From contig OZ220732.1 of assembly GCA_965116905.1 (NCBI GenBank), forward strand, positions 704,001 to 768,000: DNA of 64,000 nucleotides. Direction: 5' to 3'. The notes under the pieces are model-generated. The model was not told where the DNA came from. It searched no databases and saw nothing but the letters and a program-made list of their open reading frames with translations. This document shows positions 10,105-19,581 of this stretch, piece by piece. A program made the position numbers and the translations under genes. Position 1 is the first letter of the stretch. Each line of letters begins with the position of its first letter. The DNA is from Longimicrobiales bacterium (GTDB lineage: Bacteria; Gemmatimonadota; Gemmatimonadetes; Longimicrobiales; Gaopeijiaceae).

Positions 10105-10249
10105 TGTCCTCGAGCGCCCTGTGGAGCGTGTGATGCGCCGAGCCACCCACCAGGTGTGATACCCGTACTTCCACCTTCACCAGCTCGTCGACGGTTCGGA
10201 GCAGTTCCAGGGCCTCTTTCTCGGCTTGGCGGTGGGTGAGGTCAGGCAT
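10001..10249 (-). CDS. Small hypothetical protein with C-terminal CYDC...C
   Basis: 82 aa from ATG at 10249, directly downstream of the Cys-rich peptide gene on the same strand. Confidence 0.45.
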   Translation of the reverse strand: MPDLTHRQAEKEALELLRTVDELVKVEVRVSHLVGGSAHHTLHRALEDIKLIASATIAWHRTHPDGVCYDCEMNEPWYCRHV

Positions 10250-10310
10250 GGTGGGGTCCTGTCGGTTCGGTGAGTCCTTCTGTACGCGGCCCGCATCCCA
10301 TGCAGTCGCC

Positions 10311-10532
10311 TCAGAACTTCTTCCCGCACATGTCATCGTCCAGGCAATTGAATCGGAACATGCAACAGTTGCCGCAGCAGTACGGGTCTCCCGCCACGGT
10401 TTGCTTGCAACAGTGGAAAAGGAAGCCCGAACTGGACGCAGCGGCCGCGGCCTTCGGGGTGGCGAGTGTCAGTGGCAGCAGAGCCGCGTTCGCCGCGACC
10501 GCGAGCAGGATCCATAGGAGTCTCTTTTTCAT
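10311..10532 (-). CDS. Secreted 8-Cys peptide (CC-x9-CC-x2-CC-x5-C-x5-C)
   Basis: Signal peptide MKKRLLWILLAVAANAALL, GGAG RBS, core CCKQTVAGDPYCCGNCCMFRFNCLDDDMC; paralog at 51595. Confidence 0.8.
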   Translation of the reverse strand: MKKRLLWILLAVAANAALLPLTLATPKAAAAASSSGFLFHCCKQTVAGDPYCCGNCCMFRFNCLDDDMCGKKF

Positions 10533-10579
10533 TTGTCGTTCTCCAGTCTGTGCTTAAGGGGTGGATAGCGGTACATCCG

Positions 10580-11128
10580 TCAGAGTGCGTCAATCGCTTC
10601 TATCATCTGTTCCAACCGGCGGCCGTGCCCATCGAAACGAAGCACACCAGCCGAATCAAACACAAAGACCCAAGGCGTCCTGGAAAACAGAGGGTACATC
10701 GGGTCGGCAGGCGTCAGCGCTTCCGAGCTGAGGACATCTACATCCCAACCAAAGCGTTCGGCATAGGCCACCGCCGGCCCCACGGAATCGTTGGTCACCG
10801 CGATTCTCTGCGCGAAAGGTCTGTCGGTCTGGTCGGCAGCGAAGTGCTCCGCCCATTCCGGCGCCACAGCGTGACAGTGCACGCAATCCGGATGGAAGAC
10901 GTACAGGATCGTAGGAATGCCGGCATCGGTAGCGAGTCGAATGGTCGTGGGGACATCGCCTCCGAAGCTCCCCGTCAAGGCGAGCAAGGTGTCCCCGACG
11001 ACCATTTCGGCTGCGGTCGCCGACGGAGAGCCCACTTGCTGAGCCCGACTGACCGCCAGGACAGCCTGGCTGCCGACCCCCGCCACGAGCAAGAACAGCA
11101 ATGCGTTCAGCCAGTGCGTCGTCTTCAC
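10580..11128 (-). CDS. Exported thioredoxin-fold (TlpA/peroxiredoxin-like) protein
   Basis: Signal peptide, YVFHPDCVHC CxxC motif and cis-Pro loop RTPW. Confidence 0.8.
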   Translation of the reverse strand: MKTTHWLNALLFLLVAGVGSQAVLAVSRAQQVGSPSATAAEMVVGDTLLALTGSFGGDVPTTIRLATDAGIPTILYVFHPDCVHCHAVAPEWAEHFAADQTDRPFAQRIAVTNDSVGPAVAYAERFGWDVDVLSSEALTPADPMYPLFSRTPWVFVFDSAGVLRFDGHGRRLEQMIEAIDAL

Positions 11129-11198
11129 GATGAGGCGCCTCTCTGGATGGAGTGCGGTTTGGGCTGCTATACCTCTCCAAACGCAAGAGGGCTGGTCC

Positions 11199-11219
11199 GA
11201 ATACTGTCATTTTCCGACA
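11199..11219 (-). promoter_or_regulatory. Conserved 21-bp upstream motif, copy 1 (TGTCGGRRAATGMCAGTATTC on minus strand)
   Basis: Near-identical copies at 15129..15149 and 23451..23471, each upstream of a minus-strand gene. Confidence 0.55.
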
Positions 11220-11267
11220 CAGGGCCCGGCCATCCCGTCTTTTCGGATTCCCGGCCCGGACCGCCCT

Positions 11268-11771
11268 TCAGTCCTCCTCCATCCAGTCCATCAGCAGTAC
11301 CCTCATCTCCGGCATCTTTCGCAGCTTTGACATCGTCCGGTTGAGGATCGATCGTGCTGCAGATTGGCTCACTCCAATCGTTTCCGCGGTCTGCTTCAGG
11401 TTACGGCCCATGACCCCCCACACCGTCAGAGTGTCGCGCTCGCGGTCGGTAAGCCGGCTCAAGGCGGCTTGCACGATCGGTTGGGCTTCCTCCCGGCGCA
11501 CCTCGTCCAGGGGATCGCACCAATCCGCCGCCACCTCCATGGGGCTCGCCATTGGCACCTCCACTGCTCGAACCCGCTTCTCCGCCCGTAAGGCGTCGAC
11601 ACAGCGGTTCTTGCTGAGGGTGATTGCCCAACGAGCGAACGAACCGTTCCACTTGAACTGATCCAGCCGCTCCAGGATCGCCAGCCAACAGTCCTGGAGG
11701 AGGTCCTGAGCGTCGTCGTCGTCCCTGGCATACGGGCGAATCGCAACCCAGATGCGAGGGCTGAGTTCCAC
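11268..11771 (-). CDS. ECF RNA polymerase sigma factor
   Basis: Region 2 DDAQDLLQDCW...GSFARWAITLSKNRCVD and region 4 LSRLTDRER...AETIGVSQSAARS. The frame continues upstream (DPVDIERL) to an in-frame TGA, so the true start is uncertain. Confidence 0.85.
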   Translation of the reverse strand: MELSPRIWVAIRPYARDDDDAQDLLQDCWLAILERLDQFKWNGSFARWAITLSKNRCVDALRAEKRVRAVEVPMASPMEVAADWCDPLDEVRREEAQPIVQAALSRLTDRERDTLTVWGVMGRNLKQTAETIGVSQSAARSILNRTMSKLRKMPEMRVLLMDWMEED

Positions 11772-12007
11772 GACCAGCTCACGCAGAAGGTCCTCGTCGC
11801 GGTTGTGAAGCCGCTCGATATCGACTGGATCAGTGATCGATCAGTGCCTTCGCTGGCTGGACAATTGTGGGCATCGACGCCGCCGCGTTCTCGTCTCGTC
11901 TTCTCAGTGCGGTTGGAGCGCACCGGACCTAAAGATAGGCCAAAAGAGCCGCCGGGTACCGGACCGAACTGGAAGTCACGTGGACCGCTGGTTACCATTG
12001 AAGAACG

Positions 12008-13201
12008 ATGGGACTTCTAGCAACGCTCACGGGATCCAAAGCGGTCTCCCGAAAGCCAGTACCCGTGGGGTTCGCTGGCTCAGCCGTCCGTTGGTTTCTG
12101 GGACTGAGCGCGTTGTACGTCCTTTATGCTTCGGCCAACTTCGTCGGTTTCGCCGATGATCTCCGGATCGTCAACCGGCTCGGAATGGTGTTGGGACCCA
12201 CGATGGCGGCCTTGTCACTTCTGGTCGCGCCAGCCACCTTCGCGGCGGCAGCTGGCGACTCCGCCACCAAGGGGCGCGAGCGCGGAACTCTCCCCAAGCA
12301 AGTCGTGCGGTTGGTACTCCTCGCTCTAGGTGCCTATGCGTTGTACGGGGTTGGACCGCGGCTCAGTTCGGCCTTGCTGGTTGTGGAGGGCCGAGCCCCC
12401 ACCGTGGGCGCCACCTCGCAGATCGTGGACAGCGCTCGTTTCTGGGTGCCGAGCACAATCGCCATCTTCACTGTCCTCGCGGGTGTCGCGGGCGGGATTA
12501 CAAGCCGACTTGCGGAGTGGTGGAATCCCGGGCGGCGAGTCACGATGATGTGGTTGTCCTTTCTCGGCTTGTTCCTTTCCTTCTGGCTGCCGCTCCTGCT
12601 GACGACCAATATGATCCTGCACAGTGGCGTCGCACCCGCATGGATACTGCCAGGCTCTCTCCTGCTTCCCACTATTCTGATCGCAGGGATCGCCTGGTGG
12701 CAGGCCGAAGGTCTGCACCTACCGAATGTTCTTCGCCGTCGTCGAGGCCAGGACGGTCCGCACCACCGGCCCCGCCTCGACCGCGTAGACCGCGCCGTCA
12801 ATCCACCTGCTGACAGACCCGACGAGCCCGCCATTGCAGCGGCTACCGCCACCCGGGCCGAGCTGGAGATGATTCATCTGGCCAAGGGGATCCGCAGCGT
12901 GATCGGTCCCAGCGCCAATCTCTCACCGCAACGCGTGGACGAGATCGTCAACCGCTTGGTCGATGCTCCGCGGACTGAGGCAACCAGGCAGGAAGGGGCC
13001 CGGCGAGCACCTGACCGGATCCACCGACCGGCGACCGTGGGTCAATTCTGTACGAACTGGGCCTGCCTCGCGGCAGTCTTGCTGATGGTCGGGATGCTGG
13101 GTGGGGTGCCGCCCAATCTCGCATTGGCAGGGCTCGCGGGCTTGCTGGGGTCTGTCCTTATTCGGACGACAGCGGCCGGGACACTCAGCATGGCTCGGTA
13201 G
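12008..13201 (+). CDS. Multi-pass membrane protein with anti-sigma-like C-terminal part
   Basis: Several TM helices; by eye the N-part resembles 51832..52674 and the C-part resembles 53231..53686. Confidence 0.65.
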   Translation: MGLLATLTGSKAVSRKPVPVGFAGSAVRWFLGLSALYVLYASANFVGFADDLRIVNRLGMVLGPTMAALSLLVAPATFAAAAGDSATKGRERGTLPKQVVRLVLLALGAYALYGVGPRLSSALLVVEGRAPTVGATSQIVDSARFWVPSTIAIFTVLAGVAGGITSRLAEWWNPGRRVTMMWLSFLGLFLSFWLPLLLTTNMILHSGVAPAWILPGSLLLPTILIAGIAWWQAEGLHLPNVLRRRRGQDGPHHRPRLDRVDRAVNPPADRPDEPAIAAATATRAELEMIHLAKGIRSVIGPSANLSPQRVDEIVNRLVDAPRTEATRQEGARRAPDRIHRPATVGQFCTNWACLAAVLLMVGMLGGVPPNLALAGLAGLLGSVLIRTTAAGTLSMAR

Positions 13202-14045
13202 GGCTGGTCCCATTCGTGGTCCAGCCCCTCCTCTGCTCGCGCTGCAAGTCCGTCCTCACTTCCGGCAGCGCATCCGACTCATACTCAAGACCGGCGACAT
13301 CTCCGCAACGATCGGACCCGTAGTATTTGCGTCTGGTTGGGAGGAACTCAGGACTCTCGCAGCGGCGAACCCGGGCTCACCAGCGATCGTAGACCCCGAC
13401 CTCAACGGGATCGGCGCCCCGTGCGCCCTGGGCCAAGACGAGGGGCCTGGCCACCCTCAATACGCCCCCCCGGTGATCGAGTATCCGTGTTCGGACGCCC
13501 AGATGCGGTCGGTTTCGGACGAAACCGCGATTCCCGTGACGCGCGTGAAACAATGTGACGTCGGTGACATCCGTGCCCTGGAGCTCGCCATCCTCAAGAA
13601 CATCGACGCCGAACGGCTCCATCGACTGCTCACCCGCGCCGACGCACGGACTCCCGCGGGTGCCTCGCCCATTCTCCGTCTGTTTTTTTGGCGCGCGGTC
13701 GAACCATGCCGAGTCGGGGCCCTGGCCGCCGCTCTTGACGTGACGGAACGCACCCTGCTGCGCCGATGTCGTGGTCTGGGGATCGCCCGTCCCAAGGATC
13801 TGTGGGCGCTGGCTCGCGTCTTCGCGGTCGCACGGCTGCTCCATTGGAGCAAGCGGCCCTTGAGTTCCGTGGCCCTCGCCCTGGGGTTCTCGAATGACGC
13901 CAACTGCTACCGACTGCTACGTCGCATTCTGGGGAGGACCCTGTCGCGTGACATGACGAGGGACGACATGGATCGCGTCGAGGAGGTCATTCTGAGTGAG
14001 ATCGTCGGAACAAGCCGGACCGCGGGTGATCGCTCGGAGCAGTAA
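13101..14045 (+). CDS. AraC-family helix-turn-helix regulator (start uncertain)
   Basis: LAAALDVTERTLLRRC and SVALALGFSNDANCYRLLRR double HTH at the C-terminus. Confidence 0.75.
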   Translation: MGCRPISHWQGSRACWGLSLFGRQRPGHSAWLGRAGPIRGPAPPLLALQVRPHFRQRIRLILKTGDISATIGPVVFASGWEELRTLAAANPGSPAIVDPDLNGIGAPCALGQDEGPGHPQYAPPVIEYPCSDAQMRSVSDETAIPVTRVKQCDVGDIRALELAILKNIDAERLHRLLTRADARTPAGASPILRLFFWRAVEPCRVGALAAALDVTERTLLRRCRGLGIARPKDLWALARVFAVARLLHWSKRPLSSVALALGFSNDANCYRLLRRILGRTLSRDMTRDDMDRVEEVILSEIVGTSRTAGDRSEQ

Positions 14046-15059
14046 TCAGGTAGCCTCCACTGACGGCGATGGTTGATCCGGTTGCCCCGCACCATTGCCG
14101 ACACCCACCTCGCGGTTTTCGTGCTGCCGGAGGATTTCGGCTATTTCCGCTTTGATTCCTGGTTCTAACGAAATGAAGCCTGACTCCGATTCCTTTGGCT
14201 CGACGGCGACGAACCGGTTGAATTTCTCCCAGTACGACGGCAGGAATTCGTTCGCCTCATATGGCGACTGGATCCCAGCGTCGGCCAGTTCTTGCGGCAA
14301 GGCCTGGCGCAGGATTCGGAAAGAGCGCTTGTAGATGCTTCGGGCCCCAGGTCGGCATGAGGGTAGCACGTTGACGCCCAGTTTCCGCATCGCTTCAGAG
14401 AACCGGCCTGTTTCCCGACGGTCATCGTGATTCCGCAGCGCTCGACCTACGTGAATTGCGTGAAACAGCCCGTTGGATACGATGGTCTCATGGATGGTGC
14501 GAAACCGACACCAGATCGTCTCGCTTTCGACGAATAGTCCGGAGTGAACGCGATCACTCGCGTCATCGACCAGTGCCACCAACTCCCAGGTCCGCTTCGG
14601 CAACCACTGATAAGTGCAACCAGCCTGGTGAAGCAGTCGCCCCTCGGCGAGCTGCCGACCATCGCATTTTGGCGTCGACCGAGTGGAACGGCGTGGGGTC
14701 ACGAGGCCCGACTCGTGCAGATGATTCTTGGCCCAAGTGTATGACCGTGTACCCCCATGGGAGTCCCTGTACGCTCGGTAGAACTTGCGTACAGGCCATC
14801 CCCGGTACCGTTCCGCGTAGAGTGCTACCAACGCGGCAACTTCCTCGTCAGGTGCCCTTCGGGGATTCGTAGCCCGCCGATCTTCAAGCCCCTTCAGGCC
14901 CATTTCCCGGTACCTCGCGACGTATCGTCGGAAGGTCCGTTCAGAGATTCCCAAGAGGTATGCCGCGCGCGACTGACTGATATCACGGCTCGTCCACTGC
15001 TCATAGACCTCAGCAAATCTGGCCGTTCGCAGGTCGCGCATGGTAGATGTCTTGCTCAC
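14046..15059 (-). CDS. ISNCY/IS481-like transposase-derived protein with apparently substituted DDE triad
   Basis: HTH AAYLLGISERTFRRY, GTRSYTW, LVDDAS, LPQELADAGI...EANEFL; LHQAG, IHVGR and SIYKRSF occupy positions normally D, D and E. Confidence 0.75.
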   Translation of the reverse strand: MSKTSTMRDLRTARFAEVYEQWTSRDISQSRAAYLLGISERTFRRYVARYREMGLKGLEDRRATNPRRAPDEEVAALVALYAERYRGWPVRKFYRAYRDSHGGTRSYTWAKNHLHESGLVTPRRSTRSTPKCDGRQLAEGRLLHQAGCTYQWLPKRTWELVALVDDASDRVHSGLFVESETIWCRFRTIHETIVSNGLFHAIHVGRALRNHDDRRETGRFSEAMRKLGVNVLPSCRPGARSIYKRSFRILRQALPQELADAGIQSPYEANEFLPSYWEKFNRFVAVEPKESESGFISLEPGIKAEIAEILRQHENREVGVGNGAGQPDQPSPSVEAT

Positions 15060-15128
15060 TTAGCACTCTCACAGTTGGGTCGCTTGTTCTGGCCGCTCCA
15101 ACCATTTGAAACGTCAGGAAGTCAGGGA

Positions 15129-15149
15129 GAATACTGTCATTCCCCGACA
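15129..15149 (-). promoter_or_regulatory. Conserved 21-bp upstream motif, copy 2
   Basis: Forward gaatactgtcattccccgaca, about 70 bp upstream of the 15059 start. Confidence 0.55.
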
Positions 15150-15454
15150 TTGCGCCCAAAGCGAAGGCGATTTTCGCATGGGTCGCCGCGCTCCGAGTAC
15201 ATCCAGAGTCGCCTTGGCTGGACTTGGTTCCCATTCCGGCCAAGCCGACCACCGATTCCGCCAAGCCGATCGCAGATTCCAGGCGCGATGCCGATCACCG
15301 TCAAAGGAGCGGAGGTCCCTAGGCGCGCTGGGTGGCGGGTGAGGATTGGAGTTTAGGGTGTTGAGTCGGACTTCGTCGAGTCGTAGAGCCGTCTCATCGA
15401 AGTGCCTTTGACAGTGATGCGGTGAGTGTTGTTGAGGAGCCGTCCGAGGGCGCA

Positions 15455-16440
15455 CGTAACGGCATTGTTCCCGATCGGTCTTCTCGCATTCGAGAAGCAG
15501 AGAGAGGCGGTCGTCGAAGGAGAACTCGCTGATGTCGGGCATGGCGGTCTGCTCCTTGAAGGCCTGGGCCATGCCCGAGAGCCGGAGTTCGTGGGGCAGG
15601 TCGAAGGTGGGTTGGCGAAGCATGATCGTCAGGACTTTTTTCCGTTGTGGGAGGTGGTGTAGTACTCGGGCCCGCGGATGTGGGCGCGCTCTGCAGGCAG
15701 GGAGAGTTCATGCTGCTCGGCGGCGGCTTGGTCGCGGCCGGTTGCGAGGATGAAGTTGACGGATCGGTAGCTCAGCGTTCCGAATTCCAGCGCATGGTGG
15801 CAGGCGACCTCCAGACGTTCGGCCGAGTAGGCGCGCAGCGGGCTCATGAGCCCGAAGACAGCTGCGGTAGCCCTGTTCGAGGTGGGGTCGGCTCTCGAGG
15901 AGTTGTGCGATGAACCCGGCCGTGTGCGGTCCGGCCTTGCGGCCCCAGGCGATGAGGCGCGACGGAGTCCACTCGACGTGGGCGCGGTGGGCAGCCGGCA
16001 TGTGCGCCGGTTCGGCCGCGTATCCTCCTCTCCTGTGGATCCGCAGGTGCGCGGCCACCCGTCGGTGCTTGTGGAAGATCTCCACGGTATGGGCAGTGAT
16101 CCGAACGTCGACCTCGCGGCGGGCCAGCACGTGGGGACGCTGTACAGCGCGTGCCCGGTTTGGATGTGGTAGTCGATGTTCACGCGGGCCTTGCGCCACT
16201 CCGCGTACTCGTAGTGCTCGGCCGGGAGTGGCCTGAGCGCCGGCCGGTCCAGATCCTTGAACCAGCTGCGACGGCTGCCGTCGGTCTTTGTCGAACGGCC
16301 GCTCGTTCAGTGCCGCCAGCAGCGGCCGGGTGGCCTCGCGGAGCTCGCCGAGGGAGAAGAACGTCTGGTTGCGCAGCGGCGCCATGATCCAGCGCTCGAC
16401 GTTCTGGACCGCGGCCTCCACCTTCGTTGTCCCGTGGAGA
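15455..16440 (-). mobile_element. Degraded IS21-family element (istA 3' fragments and istB 5' fragment)
   Basis: KVEAAVQNVERWIMAPLRNQTFFSL, VNIDYHI, EWTPSRLIAW and HIRGPEYY in several frames (IstA); LRLSGMAQAF...FDDRLSLLLECE (IstB N-terminus), truncated. Confidence 0.85.
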
Positions 16441-16805
16441 GCCGGGCCGCGCCGACAGCACGGTGGTTCCGTAGCGGGTGGCCAGTTCCTAGTACCGGAA
16501 CACCTTGTACTCGCTATACCGGCAGCCTGTTGATCTAAGTATGTTATTCCCAATGGCATCACTGATCGGCATGCACCGGAATCAGCAGCTACTTGAGCTG
16601 CCCGAGGGCAGGTGGCGGAACGGAAAGTGAGACACATCGGCGACATCGGCGACTTGCCGTGCCATCGCTCCGTTCATGGAAGAGTCGCGCATCCGCTTCA
16701 GAACGCCCGCTGACCAATGGAGAAGCGGTAGGGCGCTTCTCCTAAGGTACGCCCCCAACAATGATCGCACCGTCCAGGCTACCGCAATCCGGGACATCTC
16801 GCTCG

Positions 16806-18008
16806 TCAGGATCGCGCCGCTACCACCTCATAAACCACCACATTCTGCACGTCCATTTCGTCCCTGAGCACCCCCAACACCAGCCCTCCGGTCACATCGA
16901 GGATTCGGAACCTGGGCGGAGTCTCAACCTGTCCCAGCCACTCCCCATCCGCGGAAATGACCGTGTACGGCGACCCCTCTTCCGGGTAGGCCGGCCGGTA
17001 GGAGGGCAACCATACGTTTCCGTCGGCGTCGGCGAAGGGGGTACCGAAGAGCGGTATCGGCTGTCCGATCATGGCACGATACCGGGCCATATCTCCCTGA
17101 ATGATCTCCTCGAGTCGGGCCTCGGATACTTCGAAGTTCATCCGGCTGATCATTCGGGTGTAGGCCTCGCCGTGCTCCAGGAGTTCCCCGGTCAGCAGGT
17201 TGGGCCCGGGCTGCCAGCGCACGATCTGCTCTACCGTCCCGTCCGTCCGCCGCCAGGTGATCTCGGGCCTGTCGGTCCTGGTGTAGACGAACCGCCCCGC
17301 GGCGGTCGTGACCTCGCCACTCGGCCGGATGATCGGCCTCGGCTGTCCCGACCGCTGTCGCGGGACGTGGTCGTACGACGCGACCGTGTCGAGCGCGCCG
17401 GTCTCGGTATCGAACAGGGTGATGTGCCCGGCGAGCCACTCCTCCTCTATATCGACCCAGGAACGGTAGGCGTATCGGTTCCAGAGCAGCAGCTCACCGG
17501 ATGAACCGATCCCCGCCACACCGAACTGGTGTCCCCGAGGGAGGCTCACGATGCGCGCGACCGAACCGCCCACAAAGAGAGTGAGGCGAGACAGGCGATC
17601 ATCGGGCACAAGGACGCTGTCCTGGCCCAGGACGAACAACGAGTAAGCGGAAATGACTTCGCCCGGTCCTTCCCCACGGCTGGCGAGGACCTCGTACGTC
17701 GTCCCGTCCGGACTCAAGACGACCACCTCGCCAGACCAATCGGCAACGACCGCGCGTCCATCGGGGAAGAGCCGGCCGGCGTCGGCGAACTGGAAGATGT
17801 AGTCGCCTGGGCCGCCGCCGTGGCGGTAGATCGGCCCTCCCGCGATGGCGAAGGGCGGCTCGACCTCGGGCACGCCCGTATACTGCACGATCCGGGCGCC
17901 GGCGCTGTCCGAGATCTGGACCGGGATGTCACGTGTGCCGGCGCTGTCTCCTTCGCAGGCGCCGAGGGCTGCCGACAGCATCAGAGCGCACTCGTGTCTG
18001 CGTCGCAT
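16806..18008 (-). CDS. 6-bladed beta-propeller-type lipoprotein
   Basis: Lipobox LGAC, ISDSAGARIV, RGEGPGE and C-terminal VLGVLRDEMDVQNVVVY. Confidence 0.75.
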   Translation of the reverse strand: MRRRHECALMLSAALGACEGDSAGTRDIPVQISDSAGARIVQYTGVPEVEPPFAIAGGPIYRHGGGPGDYIFQFADAGRLFPDGRAVVADWSGEVVVLSPDGTTYEVLASRGEGPGEVISAYSLFVLGQDSVLVPDDRLSRLTLFVGGSVARIVSLPRGHQFGVAGIGSSGELLLWNRYAYRSWVDIEEEWLAGHITLFDTETGALDTVASYDHVPRQRSGQPRPIIRPSGEVTTAAGRFVYTRTDRPEITWRRTDGTVEQIVRWQPGPNLLTGELLEHGEAYTRMISRMNFEVSEARLEEIIQGDMARYRAMIGQPIPLFGTPFADADGNVWLPSYRPAYPEEGSPYTVISADGEWLGQVETPPRFRILDVTGGLVLGVLRDEMDVQNVVVYEVVAARS

Positions 18009-18071
18009 TTCAATTCACCCGCTACCTAGTGCCTGTTTGGACAAGCGACAGCAAGTCCCCCGGTACTCTAC

Positions 18072-19562
18072 TCAAGTGATCACCGTCACCTGTGTCAAGG
18101 CCGCGCGGGCCGAAGAGATATCACCCCCCGCCATCGCCTCAATGAGGTCGGCCACCCATTCCGGCACCCCGAGGTCCAGCAAGAAACCGATGAAGGTCGC
18201 GTGGCAGTTAGGGTTGAGATGGGACAGAGCGGCCGTGGGCACCAAGGTGTTCAACAGCACGCGCGAGGCGGCGTAGTAGTCGTCGTCAAAATCCCAGACG
18301 CCGCTCGTGATACGCTGCTTCCGGAAGAAACCGGGAGTAGTCCAGGTACTGAGCACCGGCATCAAGTGTTCGTCTTTTCCCACACGGATCGCTGCCTCGA
18401 AATCGATGAGCCGAATGTCCCAACTATCGGCATCAACCATCACGTTGTTGCTGGACAGATCCGATATGATCACCCCACGGGCGTGGATTGCCTCGATGGC
18501 ATCGAGAAGCGACTCGGAGAGTCGATGGAACTTCGGTTGGATGTCGTTGAATGACATGCCGTTCCGCGCGTGGGGAAGCCACAAATTTTCAGGCTGACCG
18601 GCGGCAGTCCTCAGCATTACGCCTTGGATCTTCTCTGCCGCCATGAATAAGTGCTCCCACTCCCTGAAAAGCTTGATCGGGCGCACGGTGCAGTCCAATC
18701 CCTCTAGGTGTCGCAATACGTCGAACTCGTGCTCAAGGAGCAAATGGGAATCTATGGTGGCCGTTCCCCGCGTCGTCCGGTGCACGTGCGGTCGAGCCTC
18801 CTTGATAACGACCGTGCTCCCGGATTCCAGATCGATGGCTTCGTACACGCCCCCCCTGTTGTTGGCGGAGATCATCGCCGTGACCTCGAACGAGCCGCCG
18901 ATCACCGCTCCGTCGTCTTCTTCGCCGGACTCCTCGAAGGGATCTTCAACCCACGGCGGAAGCGAAAAAAATGCTTGGCGCTGGTCCCGCATCTCGCTCC
19001 CGTCCGGCCCCGTCAACACGGTGACCTCGAATCCGTCGGGCGTGAGTCGGCTTCGGGGCCTCATCCCTCCGTAGCGATAATACAGGACTTTGCTGTCTTT
19101 GTACCGTCGATCAGAGAGGATATACTGGCCTACAAAGTCCTTCCCTGCAGTCTCTTTGTACAGAGTCTCGAGCAGATTCAGGAATGCCTCATGGTTCGGT
19201 GGATAGATTGTTATGAACTTGCCTCCGCCACCCCGATCACGGTTTTTGCCGTTTTGGAATTCGAGAAGCTCAGGGCCGGCGGTGCATTTGAACGAAATGT
19301 CGCGTGCGACACATACTCTCGTCACGAGCCCTAAGAGCTCCTTTGCGCAATCAGGAATGCTAGAGACGTGGATCTTGAATCCCTGCTCAGGCACTTGGTG
19401 GACGAAGCGGTCGACCTGCAACCAGATATCGTGACGGCGGACATGCCACCCCGATTCCGGCAGGTATGATAGCACCTCATCCCGGAAATCACTCCGGACC
19501 GGCGCGAGAGCCGGCGCCTCGTACCATTGCTTGCTCGCTAACTGGTGCGCGTTTCTACTCAC
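18072..19562 (-). CDS. Class III lanthipeptide synthetase lyase+kinase subunit (LanKC lacking the cyclase domain)
   Basis: Lyase motifs QGFKIHVS, GKFITIYP and ILSDRRY...YYRYGG; kinase motifs NRGGVYEA...VVIKEARPH, HARGVIISDLSSNNV and LIDFEAA. The stop falls right after the kinase domain. Start at GTG 19562 is inferred; the ORF track starts at 19700. Confidence 0.88.
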   Translation of the reverse strand: MSRNAHQLASKQWYEAPALAPVRSDFRDEVLSYLPESGWHVRRHDIWLQVDRFVHQVPEQGFKIHVSSIPDCAKELLGLVTRVCVARDISFKCTAGPELLEFQNGKNRDRGGGGKFITIYPPNHEAFLNLLETLYKETAGKDFVGQYILSDRRYKDSKVLYYRYGGMRPRSRLTPDGFEVTVLTGPDGSEMRDQRQAFFSLPPWVEDPFEESGEEDDGAVIGGSFEVTAMISANNRGGVYEAIDLESGSTVVIKEARPHVHRTTRGTATIDSHLLLEHEFDVLRHLEGLDCTVRPIKLFREWEHLFMAAEKIQGVMLRTAAGQPENLWLPHARNGMSFNDIQPKFHRLSESLLDAIEAIHARGVIISDLSSNNVMVDADSWDIRLIDFEAAIRVGKDEHLMPVLSTWTTPGFFRKQRITSGVWDFDDDYYAASRVLLNTLVPTAALSHLNPNCHATFIGFLLDLGVPEWVADLIEAMAGGDISSARAALTQVTVIT

Positions 19563-19581
19563 GACGCTGGGATGTGAAGGG

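Noticed and set aside
14046..15149. Active IS element
   Set aside because: No convincing inverted partner end or target duplication, and the catalytic residues appear substituted.
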